A stretch of DNA of 63,862 bases, counting the filler. It is 5 parts of 5 records of this genome, joined end to end, with 100 filler letters (N's around TTAATTAATTAA, not from the genome) between each part and the next. Parts side by side here need not be neighbours in the genome. Positions count along the whole stretch, not along the records: positions 11,426 to 29,035 come from SRR22947727_238; 4 more parts are not named here. One strand, 5' to 3'. Below the pieces are notes generated by a model. That model searched no databases. It was not told the origin of the DNA and worked only from the letters and a program-made list of their open reading frames with translations. The position numbers were made by a program, and so were the translations under genes. Of the stretch, positions 17,320 to 26,622 are shown in pieces. Each line of letters opens with the position of its first letter. The first letter of the stretch is position 1.

Positions 17320-17998
17320 AGTATTTTTTCTTACTATGTTTACGATCAAAGTGAAATTTTGATATATAACTGGGTAATTTCTTTTTAACTCCAATTGATA
17401 GAGTAATAAAAGCAGTTTCAGCAAGAAATTCAATTAACTTTGAATTAGCTACAGCCTTTTTATAATCATTACCCCAAGAAAATTGTCCATGTCCTGCTAC
17501 AATTAACCCTGGGCATATTTCAGGATCTATTTTTTCAACTTTAATTTTTTTACATATAAGATTACCAGTGTTATTTTCGTAGTTATTAAGTTGATTTTTA
17601 TTCAGATGTTTTACAAGTGGTATTTCATTTTTTAAAAAATCAGCTTGAGTAGTTCCAAGTAATGGTATTGGTTTTGATGCCTGGGCCCATGCTGTCGCAA
17701 ATTTTGAATGACAATGTGATACACTTTTAATTTTTTTAAATTTTCGATAAATTTCTAGGTGTGTTGGTGAATCTACAGAAGGTTTTAATTTTCTATTTCC
17801 AACAATTTTTCCATCAACTATAGATATAATTGGGCAATCACCTATTTTAAGTGCTAAAACATTTATACCACTAGGTTTTATAAAAAACAATTTATCATTA
17901 ATTCTAACACTTACATTTCCAAAAGAATGGTCTTGTAGACCCAATTTTGATAATTTTATGTTCTCTCGAATACAATGTTTTTCAATTTTTTCAAACAT
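17306..17998 (-). CDS. araD: L-ribulose-5-phosphate 4-epimerase (class II aldolase/AraD family)
   Basis: FGNVS, IKPSG, PSVDSPTH, HCHS..ATAWAQA, GTTQAD, GHG and C-terminal RKH...YYGQ. Confidence 0.88.
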   Translation of the reverse strand: MFEKIEKHCIRENIKLSKLGLQDHSFGNVSVRINDKLFFIKPSGINVLALKIGDCPIISIVDGKIVGNRKLKPSVDSPTHLEIYRKFKKIKSVSHCHSKFATAWAQASKPIPLLGTTQADFLKNEIPLVKHLNKNQLNNYENNTGNLICKKIKVEKIDPEICPGLIVAGHGQFSWGNDYKKAVANSKLIEFLAETAFITLSIGVKKKLPSYISKFHFDRKHSKKKYYGQN

Positions 17999-18053
17999 GG
18001 ATATATATAACTAATATTTAATTAATATGTAAGAAATTATTAAGTTAGAAGAG

Positions 18054-20084
18054 TTAATTTTTTTCCAAAAGAATTAATGTAGTTCTATAATGTTTTTCAA
18101 CAAATTTCTTTTTTATTTTCCAATTATTTGAAATTAAAAGTTTAACAAAGTCTTTTCTACTACCTTGATGATTATAATTTCCAAGTAATATATATTCTAA
18201 ATTTTCAATACTATTAATATTTTTGATAAATTCTTTTGAATTCTGTTTTTTTTTATTTTTATTTTTAGTATTATTGTATTTAACAATCTTATCATTTGTT
18301 ATCTCTGAGTAATTCTTGTAATCTTGATACAGATTATCACTTGACAATATTTTGCTAAATTTACTTGAGCTATTTTTTTTATTCTTTGTCTTTAATTCAT
18401 ATTCACTTCTAAGATTTATCAATGCAGCTAATTGATTAAAATTATAATTTTCTATGATTTGTGGTAAAAAACCATAGTGTGTAGCAAGTAACAAAGTTTT
18501 TTCTCTTTTGTTTATAGTAGAAATATAATCAAAGGCCTCAGTATATTTATAGGGTATATTGGTTACATATTTTGTGTTTTTATTATAATCATTATTTACT
18601 GATTTAAAAAAACCATTTTCGTTTATTGTGTCGTAAGAAATATTTGTTTTAGGAAAATTATACAAATTATGCACATTTAAAATTATTATCAAAATATTTA
18701 TAGAATTTATTAATAAGAATTTACTTTTACTGATTAAATATTTCGTAAATAAAAAATGACCAATCAATACAAAAGGTATTGCATACTCTAATGTATATTT
18801 TGCAAGGCCCCATAGATCTTTCATAACTGAAAAGTAGATAAAAAGATTGAATATAAAAAAAACGAAAATTTCAAATTTTCTTAGTGATAATATGACGCAA
18901 AAAATAAAAAAATAATACCATGGTGGTACTTGTTTTATAAATGCATATAAAATAATTTTTGAATTTATTGCCTCATAAAAATTTTCTATTATATTATTTT
19001 GACCCAAACCAATAGTTGCAGGCGTTCCACCTAAACTTACAAAAAGTAAGGGTAGACTGACTAATATTATAAATTGTATTTTTTCTTTTATTATTAGTTG
19101 TTTTATTTTATCAAAAAAATAAAATTTTTTATTAAAAATATCAAATATAAAACAAGCAGCAATTAATACAAATGCAGTAAAGACCGATATTCTAAATAAT
19201 ACACCAATTGAAATCATGATTAAAATCAATTCATAATTAATTTTTTCATATATAGAAATATAAAACAAAATATAAATAAAGATTAAACTCCCCCAAAATG
19301 AATGATCGGGAATTACACTTGACAATAATAAAAGAGGAAATGTTGAAAGACTTACTATAAAAATTATTGATGGTTTTTTATCAATGATTTTATTAATCAA
19401 TTTATATAAGAAAAATAAAAAAAATATAAATGGTACAAAATAAGACAATCTAAAAACTATATGATTCAATCCAAATATCGAAATAAATGAAGTTGAGAAT
19501 AAGTGGTTTAATGGAGGATGGTGGATTGCATCTTTTAGAAGGTATCGTAATAAAAAATTAATAATTAAAATTAACGATAAATAAAAATAACTTTTTTTTT
19601 TTCCAATAATATAAAAGATAAAAAAAATAGTGAATAATTGTAAAAAATTTAGCAAATGAATGACGTGCTTTATTGGAATTAATTTTAAACTTTCAATATC
19701 AAGGTACTTTAAAATTAATACAGAAGTAAAAAGTGCAGTTCTGGTGGATCTTCTTGAAAATGCAATTTCATCAATAAATATAGGAAGATTTAATTCATTA
19801 TATATTAAAAGGATAAGAATAAATGCTAGACATGTAAAAAATATGAGTTCAAGGTAGTTAATAGATATATAAAAAATCTTTTTGTTATTATAATTTTTAT
19901 ATAAATAGTAAAAAATTATAAAATTAAGATTAATAATTATTTCAATTAAAAAAATATTATATCTAGATAGAACTGCGTAAACTGAATAAGCTAGAAAATT
20001 TATTATAAAAAGTAAAAAATAAATATTACAGTTTAAAGTGAAATTGAAATTTTTTTTACTTACTTTTTTAAGAAATAAGAGCAT
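18054..20084 (-). CDS. polytopic membrane protein, GT-C-like glycosyltransferase candidate
   Basis: More than 10 hydrophobic segments; early IDE and HHPPL motifs reminiscent of the GT-C DE/HPP loops; soluble C-terminal domain. Confidence 0.55.
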   Translation of the reverse strand: MLLFLKKVSKKNFNFTLNCNIYFLLFIINFLAYSVYAVLSRYNIFLIEIIINLNFIIFYYLYKNYNNKKIFYISINYLELIFFTCLAFILILLIYNELNLPIFIDEIAFSRRSTRTALFTSVLILKYLDIESLKLIPIKHVIHLLNFLQLFTIFFIFYIIGKKKSYFYLSLILIINFLLRYLLKDAIHHPPLNHLFSTSFISIFGLNHIVFRLSYFVPFIFFLFFLYKLINKIIDKKPSIIFIVSLSTFPLLLLSSVIPDHSFWGSLIFIYILFYISIYEKINYELILIMISIGVLFRISVFTAFVLIAACFIFDIFNKKFYFFDKIKQLIIKEKIQFIILVSLPLLFVSLGGTPATIGLGQNNIIENFYEAINSKIILYAFIKQVPPWYYFFIFCVILSLRKFEIFVFFIFNLFIYFSVMKDLWGLAKYTLEYAIPFVLIGHFLFTKYLISKSKFLLINSINILIIILNVHNLYNFPKTNISYDTINENGFFKSVNNDYNKNTKYVTNIPYKYTEAFDYISTINKREKTLLLATHYGFLPQIIENYNFNQLAALINLRSEYELKTKNKKNSSSKFSKILSSDNLYQDYKNYSEITNDKIVKYNNTKNKNKKKQNSKEFIKNINSIENLEYILLGNYNHQGSRKDFVKLLISNNWKIKKKFVEKHYRTTLILLEKN

Positions 20085-20182
20085 TATTATATTTAATCTT
20101 TATCTATTAGTATTAAAAGATTTTAAAACAAATCATTCTAAATAAATTCAATGTTTATCAGTTTAACTTGGATTTTTCAAAA

Positions 20183-20980
20183 CTACTTCTTTTCCAATAC
20201 AACACTAATTTGCATTGGAAATATGTTGTAAAAATATGAAAAAATTTTGTCTATATTTTTTACAAAGTTATTTAAAAATTTATTTAATGGTAAATAATAA
20301 GTTTTTGCTATAACACCACCTGAGTTTAAAAATAGTAAAAATTCTGAATACTTTTTGTATTTCATTTCAAAATTAACTTTTAATTCTTGATTAAATTTTT
20401 TAAAATCATCAAATATCAAGTTTGGAACAGCAATATTAGCTGACCATGGATTTTTAGGGTCATTCACAGGTAAATTTCGATCATATATATTTTTTGTAAA
20501 ATCAAAACCCTCATGTTTCATTAGTATTATTGCTAACTTTGTCATTACTGAGCAATGTATATCTTGGATTATATAGGTCCCTCCTTTTTTCAGTATTCTA
20601 TTAACTTCTTCGAAATGTTTTAATGGATAAGCAATATGATGTATTAAATTAGAGCTAATTATTCTGTCAAAACTGTTATCATCAAAACCAGTTTCACAAG
20701 CATCAATATTTTTAAAGTCTAGAAACTCATTGTTATTAAAATCACTAGTTTTTATATTATGATTTATAAAGTTTTTAAGAAGACTTGCTCCAGAACCCAA
20801 TTCCAAAACATTTTCACCTTCAGAAATAAATTTATTCATCCAACTGTATCTATTTTCTAAAAGTGTAAATAAATTTTTATTTTTTTTTTTAAAAAAATAA
20901 TCTCTGGCTTTAATTATATCACCTTCATTTTTCATTCTATTTTGATGATGATTGAAATTAGCTTTTTCTATAAATATCAT
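20183..20980 (-). CDS. class I SAM-dependent methyltransferase
   Basis: VLELGSG, IDA, FDRII...LIHH and RILKKGG motifs. Confidence 0.85.
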   Translation of the reverse strand: MIFIEKANFNHHQNRMKNEGDIIKARDYFFKKKNKNLFTLLENRYSWMNKFISEGENVLELGSGASLLKNFINHNIKTSDFNNNEFLDFKNIDACETGFDDNSFDRIISSNLIHHIAYPLKHFEEVNRILKKGGTYIIQDIHCSVMTKLAIILMKHEGFDFTKNIYDRNLPVNDPKNPWSANIAVPNLIFDDFKKFNQELKVNFEMKYKKYSEFLLFLNSGGVIAKTYYLPLNKFLNNFVKNIDKIFSYFYNIFPMQISVVLEKK

Positions 20981-20985
20981 TTTTA

Positions 20986-21870
20986 TTATTTAAAATTATT
21001 TAAGAATTTTTTTCTTTCACTTTTTATTGGTCGTAACCCATCTTTTGGATCTGATCTCCACATACGTTCATTTTTTTCAGATTTTTGATAATGAAGTTTT
21101 CCAGTCCCATCAACATTATTTGGTAGTTTAGTTAGCTCAATAACTTTTTTCATTTCCAATGGAAGCCAACAATGGCCACCTTTAAATTCTGGGCCATTAC
21201 CATCTAAATCTAAATGAAATTCTATTATTTTAGCATTATATTTATATACAGATCTTAATATTACTCCTTGATTTTTTGAATGATCAGACCAGCCAATATC
21301 AATTTTCTTTTTATTAATTTTTTTTTTAATTAGCTTTCTCAACGTTTCAATTGAATTTAAATTAGTATTTTTTAAATCTGTTGGGTAGTTGCTTATACAT
21401 CTTAGAACTGAAAAATTATAAAATTTTTTTTTTTTAAATAGGTTTAAAATTTTTTCTATTTCTTTACTAGTAGACATCCCAGTAGAAAATATAATTTTTT
21501 TTTTATATTTAAGACATCTTTCAAATATATCCATTCTTAATAATTCATACGAACCAATTTTATAAAAATCTACATAGTTTTTTAAATCATCAACAGCATC
21601 TGTATCAAATGGGGTGCAACCAAATTGTAAACCTTTTTTTTTTGTATAATTGTATAATTTTGGGATTAATCTTTTTGATAGCTCTAGTGATTTAATATTT
21701 CTGTGAGATTTACTTTTTTTTAATATTTCTGGAGCAAATAATTTATCAGATTTAAATAATTGAAATTTAATCGCATCACAACCTATATTCTTAGCTTCAT
21801 CAATCATCTTTTTGCATCTTTTTAAGTCATTGAGATGGTTTGAACATATTTCAGCAATAAAATAAGTCAT
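20986..21870 (-). CDS. nonulosonic acid synthase (NeuB/PseI family), short form
   Basis: IAEICSNH, AIKFQ, TPFD, KIGS, STGM, GWSDH and IEFH motifs. Confidence 0.88.
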   Translation of the reverse strand: MTYFIAEICSNHLNDLKRCKKMIDEAKNIGCDAIKFQLFKSDKLFAPEILKKSKSHRNIKSLELSKRLIPKLYNYTKKKGLQFGCTPFDTDAVDDLKNYVDFYKIGSYELLRMDIFERCLKYKKKIIFSTGMSTSKEIEKILNLFKKKKFYNFSVLRCISNYPTDLKNTNLNSIETLRKLIKKKINKKKIDIGWSDHSKNQGVILRSVYKYNAKIIEFHLDLDGNGPEFKGGHCWLPLEMKKVIELTKLPNNVDGTGKLHYQKSEKNERMWRSDPKDGLRPIKSERKKFLNNFK

Positions 21871-23009
21871 TTTTTTGAAACAAATTCTTTTAATAGTTTG
21901 TTAACTTTATAAATCGTTTGGTCTTTAAGTCCATAGAATATTGGGATAGAAAATGCTTCATCATAATATTTGAGTGTATTATTGAAATTATTAAGATTTA
22001 TTTTATAATTTTTTTTAAAAAAAGGTTGAAAAAAAATTGGAATATAGTGAACTTGTAATTGTATTCCATTTTTCATAAAAAAGCTGAATAATTGAGATTT
22101 ACTTTTTTTAATTTTCTTAAAGTCTAGTCTTAATACATATAAATGATATGCATGTGTTCTATCTTTTTTTAAATATGGTGTTTTCACTTCATCAAAATTA
22201 GAAAAAATATCATTATATTTCTTAGCTATTTTCTTTCGATAATTTATAAATTTATCTAATTTATCAAGTTGAGAAATTCCAAGAGCTGCATTTATATCAC
22301 TCATTCTATAGTTAAAACCTAATTGGTTGATTTTATAAAGCCAAGGTTTTTTGGGATTTTTGGATCTAATAATTCCGTGTGATTTTAATAAATTAAGCTT
22401 TGATAAAATTTTTTTATTATTACTTAATATTGCGCCACCTTCACCAGTTGTTATATGTTTTACTGGATGAAAACTTAGACACGAAATATCTGAGTACTTA
22501 GTGGCATATCCAATATTGTTTTTATATTTTGCACCTAATGCGTGGCAATTATCATTAATTAACTTAATGTTATATTTATTTTTTAAAAAATATAAATCTT
22601 CCCAATCAGATGGCTGACCAGCAAAATCTGTAATTATTGCAGCTTTAATTGCTTTATTTTTTTTTAAAGCATTTTCAAGTTTATTTGGATCTATATTGAA
22701 AGTATCTTTATCAATATCTATAAATTGTGGTTTTGCACCGGAATGAATTGCACTAGCAATGCCAGCCACAAATGTAATAGGAGACGATATAATTACATCG
22801 CCTTTCTTCCAATCTAAGGTTTTAGATATTATGTTTAAAGCAGCAGTACCAGAAGAAACACAAGAAACTATTTTAGAATTTAGTTTTTTGGAAAGTTTTT
22901 TTTCAAATAATTTTGAAATTGGGCCTTGTGTTAAAAATTTACTTTTTAATATCTTTGTAACATTTTTGATATCTTTATTATCAATAAATTGATTACCATA
23001 TGAAATCAT
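21867..23009 (-). CDS. pseC: UDP-4-amino-4,6-dideoxy-N-acetyl-beta-L-altrosamine transaminase (PLP-dependent)
   Basis: ISYGNQ, LTQGP, SFHPVKHITTGEGG and LGFNYR motifs; adjacent to pseB. Confidence 0.88.
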   Translation of the reverse strand: MISYGNQFIDNKDIKNVTKILKSKFLTQGPISKLFEKKLSKKLNSKIVSCVSSGTAALNIISKTLDWKKGDVIISSPITFVAGIASAIHSGAKPQFIDIDKDTFNIDPNKLENALKKNKAIKAAIITDFAGQPSDWEDLYFLKNKYNIKLINDNCHALGAKYKNNIGYATKYSDISCLSFHPVKHITTGEGGAILSNNKKILSKLNLLKSHGIIRSKNPKKPWLYKINQLGFNYRMSDINAALGISQLDKLDKFINYRKKIAKKYNDIFSNFDEVKTPYLKKDRTHAYHLYVLRLDFKKIKKSKSQLFSFFMKNGIQLQVHYIPIFFQPFFKKNYKINLNNFNNTLKYYDEAFSIPIFYGLKDQTIYKVNKLLKEFVSKK

Positions 23010-23989
23010 TATTTTTCTAATTCGAAAGAATAAAAATTATTTTTAATTAATCTTTTAATTTGATAAGTTGTAAGAAAATTCTTATTAGTTTTACTTGAAT
23101 AATTGGTAATTTTTTTTGTTTGTTTAATTTTTTTGTGGGATGGATAGATTATATAATAATTTTTAAATTCCGCACAGTTAATAGCATCTGTTTCTGAAAT
23201 CATTTCTTCATGTATTTTCTCACCAGGTCTTAAACCAATATATTTAATTTTTTTTTTATTATTAATTGCTTTTACAAGATCTAAAATTTTATAGGAAGGA
23301 ATTTTAGGAACAAAAATTTCACCACCCTTCATAATATTTACACAATTAATCACAAATTTTACCGCTTCAGCTAATGTTATATTAAATCTTGTCATATTGT
23401 TATCTGTTATTGTAAATGGACTGTTAGTTTTATTTTGTTTCAAAAAAACAGGGACTACAGAACCTCTGCTACCTAAAACATTTCCATATCTTACAACAGA
23501 AAAATTGATTTTTTTTCCACCTTTAAATAAATTGGCCGCAGTAAAAAGTTTATCAGAAGCTAATTTTGTAGCACCATATAGGTTTATTGGTGAGCAAGCC
23601 TTATCCGTACTTAATGCAATAACTTTTTTGATATTATTTTCAAGGCAAGATTCTATAATGTTTTGTGCACCCAAAATATTGGTCTTAATAGTTTCAAATG
23701 GGTTATATTCTGTAGTGTGAACTTGCTTAAGAGCAGCTGCATGAATAACAATATCGATATTATTTTCACGCATCGCTTGATTAAGCCTATTTTTATCCCT
23801 AACATCTCCGATAAAATATCTGAGTATCTGTTTATTTTTTTCAAATAAAGAGATTTTTTTCATTTGTTCCTGTTTAAATTCATCTCTACTAAAAATTATA
23901 ATCTTTTTTGCTAATTTTTTTTTGATAAGTGTAGAGGTTAATTCTTTACCAAATGACCCAGTTCCGCCTGAAATAAAATAATTTTTCAT
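23009..23989 (-). CDS. pseB: UDP-GlcNAc 4,6-dehydratase (inverting)
   Basis: GGTGSFG, SRDEFKQ, LSTDKA, YGATK, RYGNVLGSRGSV and RPGEKIHE motifs. Confidence 0.92.
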   Translation of the reverse strand: MKNYFISGGTGSFGKELTSTLIKKKLAKKIIIFSRDEFKQEQMKKISLFEKNKQILRYFIGDVRDKNRLNQAMRENNIDIVIHAAALKQVHTTEYNPFETIKTNILGAQNIIESCLENNIKKVIALSTDKACSPINLYGATKLASDKLFTAANLFKGGKKINFSVVRYGNVLGSRGSVVPVFLKQNKTNSPFTITDNNMTRFNITLAEAVKFVINCVNIMKGGEIFVPKIPSYKILDLVKAINNKKKIKYIGLRPGEKIHEEMISETDAINCAEFKNYYIIYPSHKKIKQTKKITNYSSKTNKNFLTTYQIKRLIKNNFYSFELEK

Positions 23990-25029
23990 ATATTCTTATA
24001 TAGTTTATTTATTTGATTAAAAAAATAACTTTTAGATAAAATCTTTTTTTTATTTAAGAAACCAATAAAATTTATGTGTTTATTAACAAATTTAATTTTT
24101 GATTTTAATAGGGACAAGTTAATTTCAATTTCATAGAGTGATTTTGTTTTAAATAAATGTGGAAAAATTTGATCTGCAAATCGATCTCCGGATAGACCAA
24201 TATTTACTTCATAAGGCAAAATTTGATCATTTATTCTTGTAATTTTTGAAGTAATTGAAATTAAACCATAGTATCCATCAAATTTCTTTATTATCTGTTT
24301 GTCTATCATAAGTTTTTTGAAAATAATATTTTTCTTATCATAAATGGGAGGGGAGCTAATTCCAATATTTTTTAATTTGTTGTTTATGAAATAATTATAT
24401 TCTTGAGTATGTGCGATTAAATTAATTATGTTTCTTTTATTATCTACCAAATAAAAAGATGAAATATCTACACCATCATAATAATTTGAAATATTAACTT
24501 TTTTGTTATGACTTTCTTTCTTACATAACTGAAACTTTGTTTTAAAGTTTTGATCTTTAGAAACTTTATATATATTTTTTTTTCCCACAATAGGAGCATC
24601 CGGTTTTATTATGCTTATATTGTATTGAGGTTTTATAGACGTTATTAAATTTTTTGATTTTAAAGTAATAATCCTATTTTTTTTTAAAAAATTAGAAAAA
24701 AAACTTTTTGAATAAATACTTTTTTGTAAGTAATAACTAATTCTTTTTATATGAAATTTTTTTTCAAGATAATATGCCGAAATAATAGTAGGCCCTGAAG
24801 ATCTATAAATTATTGCCTCTATTGCTATTTTCTTATTTTTAATATTTTTTGAGATTAATCTAATTTTATTAATATCATAAATGCTAGATTTATAATAAAT
24901 TGATATAATTTTTTTTGCCTCAGAAGATAATTTTCTATCAATACCAATAATTTTATATTTTTTATTTATTTTTTTTAAAAGTTTAATTTGATTATTTCCC
25001 AAGCCAAGACTAATAAAATATCTATTCAT
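23986..25029 (-). CDS. degenerate ATP-grasp-like protein
   Basis: LGLGNNQ N-terminus, IIKPD..GKK and YEVN motifs. Confidence 0.5.
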   Translation of the reverse strand: MNRYFISLGLGNNQIKLLKKINKKYKIIGIDRKLSSEAKKIISIYYKSSIYDINKIRLISKNIKNKKIAIEAIIYRSSGPTIISAYYLEKKFHIKRISYYLQKSIYSKSFFSNFLKKNRIITLKSKNLITSIKPQYNISIIKPDAPIVGKKNIYKVSKDQNFKTKFQLCKKESHNKKVNISNYYDGVDISSFYLVDNKRNIINLIAHTQEYNYFINNKLKNIGISSPPIYDKKNIIFKKLMIDKQIIKKFDGYYGLISITSKITRINDQILPYEVNIGLSGDRFADQIFPHLFKTKSLYEIEINLSLLKSKIKFVNKHINFIGFLNKKKILSKSYFFNQINKLYKNI

Positions 25030-26619
25030 TTATTTAATTATATTAATCAAATTATTTAAACAATTATTAATATCTAATTTATTTTTTTTTGGTTTAGTTA
25101 AAATTTTATTATTTTTAAATAATTTAACCATTCCAATCTTATACAAATAATCTATATCCTTTAATCTTTCTCCGCTCTCATTTTCAACAATAATTATTGG
25201 TTTTTTTCCAATTGCAATTAATTCATAAGTAGATACACCAAATTTTGTGTAAATCTCATTAGAATTTTTAATAGTTTTTAAAAAATCTTTTTGATTAAAA
25301 ATATAATTTATTTTCATTTTTTGTAAAAATTTTTTTTCTTGGTTTGATAATAATGGTCCAGCAATTAAATTTAATTTTCTTAATTTTAAAATATCGATTA
25401 TTTGTTTATTTAGTATACTGCTCCCACTTAACAAAAGAAATTTACCATTATTCTCTTTTTTCTTCTTTTGTAAAAGTAGGGCTTTTCTAGGTAAAATTAA
25501 ATAATCTTTACCTGAATAGAGATTCTTTTTATGTTTAATTTTTCTAATAGAAGGAATTAAAAATTTTGGGTTTTCTAAATTTAAGTCATTATCAATAATG
25601 GTAATATTTTTCTTATCTAATTTATTTTGATTAATCTTACTAATTTCCTTGATTGGTAAATCAATGATAAATTGATGTTTTTCGTCAAATATAGAATTAT
25701 TAATTTTTTTTATAAAGTATATTCTTTCATTATATAAAAAATTTTTATCATCAAATTTTTTTCCAATACAAAATATCTTTATATTAGATGTAATTACCTC
25801 ATTAATTTCTCTAAATATTATTTTTGAACGAGCAAGGTGGCCCAATCCAATATTTTTTGAATATGCTGTCAGAATAATATATTTTTTTTCCTTTTCTTTT
25901 ATAGCTTTTTTTTGTGATACATGGTTGTTGAGATAATTAAAGTTTTTTGATTTTAGAACATTTTTTAAATTAAATTTAAGATTTTTATTTTTTAAATATT
26001 CGTAATGTGAATTAAAAAAATCTAAGTCTGATTCTGTGTCTACAGAAAGTCTAAATTTTTTATTTATTTCATAATTTTTTGGTTTGAAAAAACCAATTTT
26101 AAATAGTTCAGGAAATTCATTAACGACATATCCCGGGTGTTCTTTTTGATAGTTTTTGTGTGAATTTTCGGTCACTTTTTTCCACGTAGTATTTCTAAAT
26201 AAAGAAACTCCTTCATGTATTAATCTTTTTTTACATTTCAAAAAATCGTATTCTGTGTTTTTAAGTTGTTTATAAAGTCTACTTATAAAATCATTATCAA
26301 CTAAACAGCAGTCACCAGATATTAAAATGGTATATTTTGTTTTTATTTTTTTAGTAATTTCATAAATTCTCCCTGTTACATCATCTTCGTTTTTATGAAA
26401 ATAAACTTCACATTTTTTTTTATTTTCTTTATTAATTTCGTTTTTAAATAAAAAATTATTTTTTTTTGTTCCTGTTCCAATATATATCTTAGTAATTAGT
26501 TTATTTTTGTGTAGATTATTTATAATTAAGTTTATTATTTTAGTTGAACCAATTTTATAAAAATGTTTTCTTGGTAATCTTGATGAATTGCATCTTGCTA
26601 ATATTATGGCTGTTATCAT
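25030..26619 (-). CDS. cytidylyltransferase (SpsF/PseF-like) fused to an SpsG/PseG-like domain
   Basis: ILARCNSSRLPRK, ISGDC and RLSVDT..D, then IGLGHLARS and FGVSTYEL. Confidence 0.8.
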   Translation of the reverse strand: MITAIILARCNSSRLPRKHFYKIGSTKIINLIINNLHKNKLITKIYIGTGTKKNNFLFKNEINKENKKKCEVYFHKNEDDVTGRIYEITKKIKTKYTILISGDCCLVDNDFISRLYKQLKNTEYDFLKCKKRLIHEGVSLFRNTTWKKVTENSHKNYQKEHPGYVVNEFPELFKIGFFKPKNYEINKKFRLSVDTESDLDFFNSHYEYLKNKNLKFNLKNVLKSKNFNYLNNHVSQKKAIKEKEKKYIILTAYSKNIGLGHLARSKIIFREINEVITSNIKIFCIGKKFDDKNFLYNERIYFIKKINNSIFDEKHQFIIDLPIKEISKINQNKLDKKNITIIDNDLNLENPKFLIPSIRKIKHKKNLYSGKDYLILPRKALLLQKKKKENNGKFLLLSGSSILNKQIIDILKLRKLNLIAGPLLSNQEKKFLQKMKINYIFNQKDFLKTIKNSNEIYTKFGVSTYELIAIGKKPIIIVENESGERLKDIDYLYKIGMVKLFKNNKILTKPKKNKLDINNCLNNLINIIK

Positions 26620-26622
26620 TTT

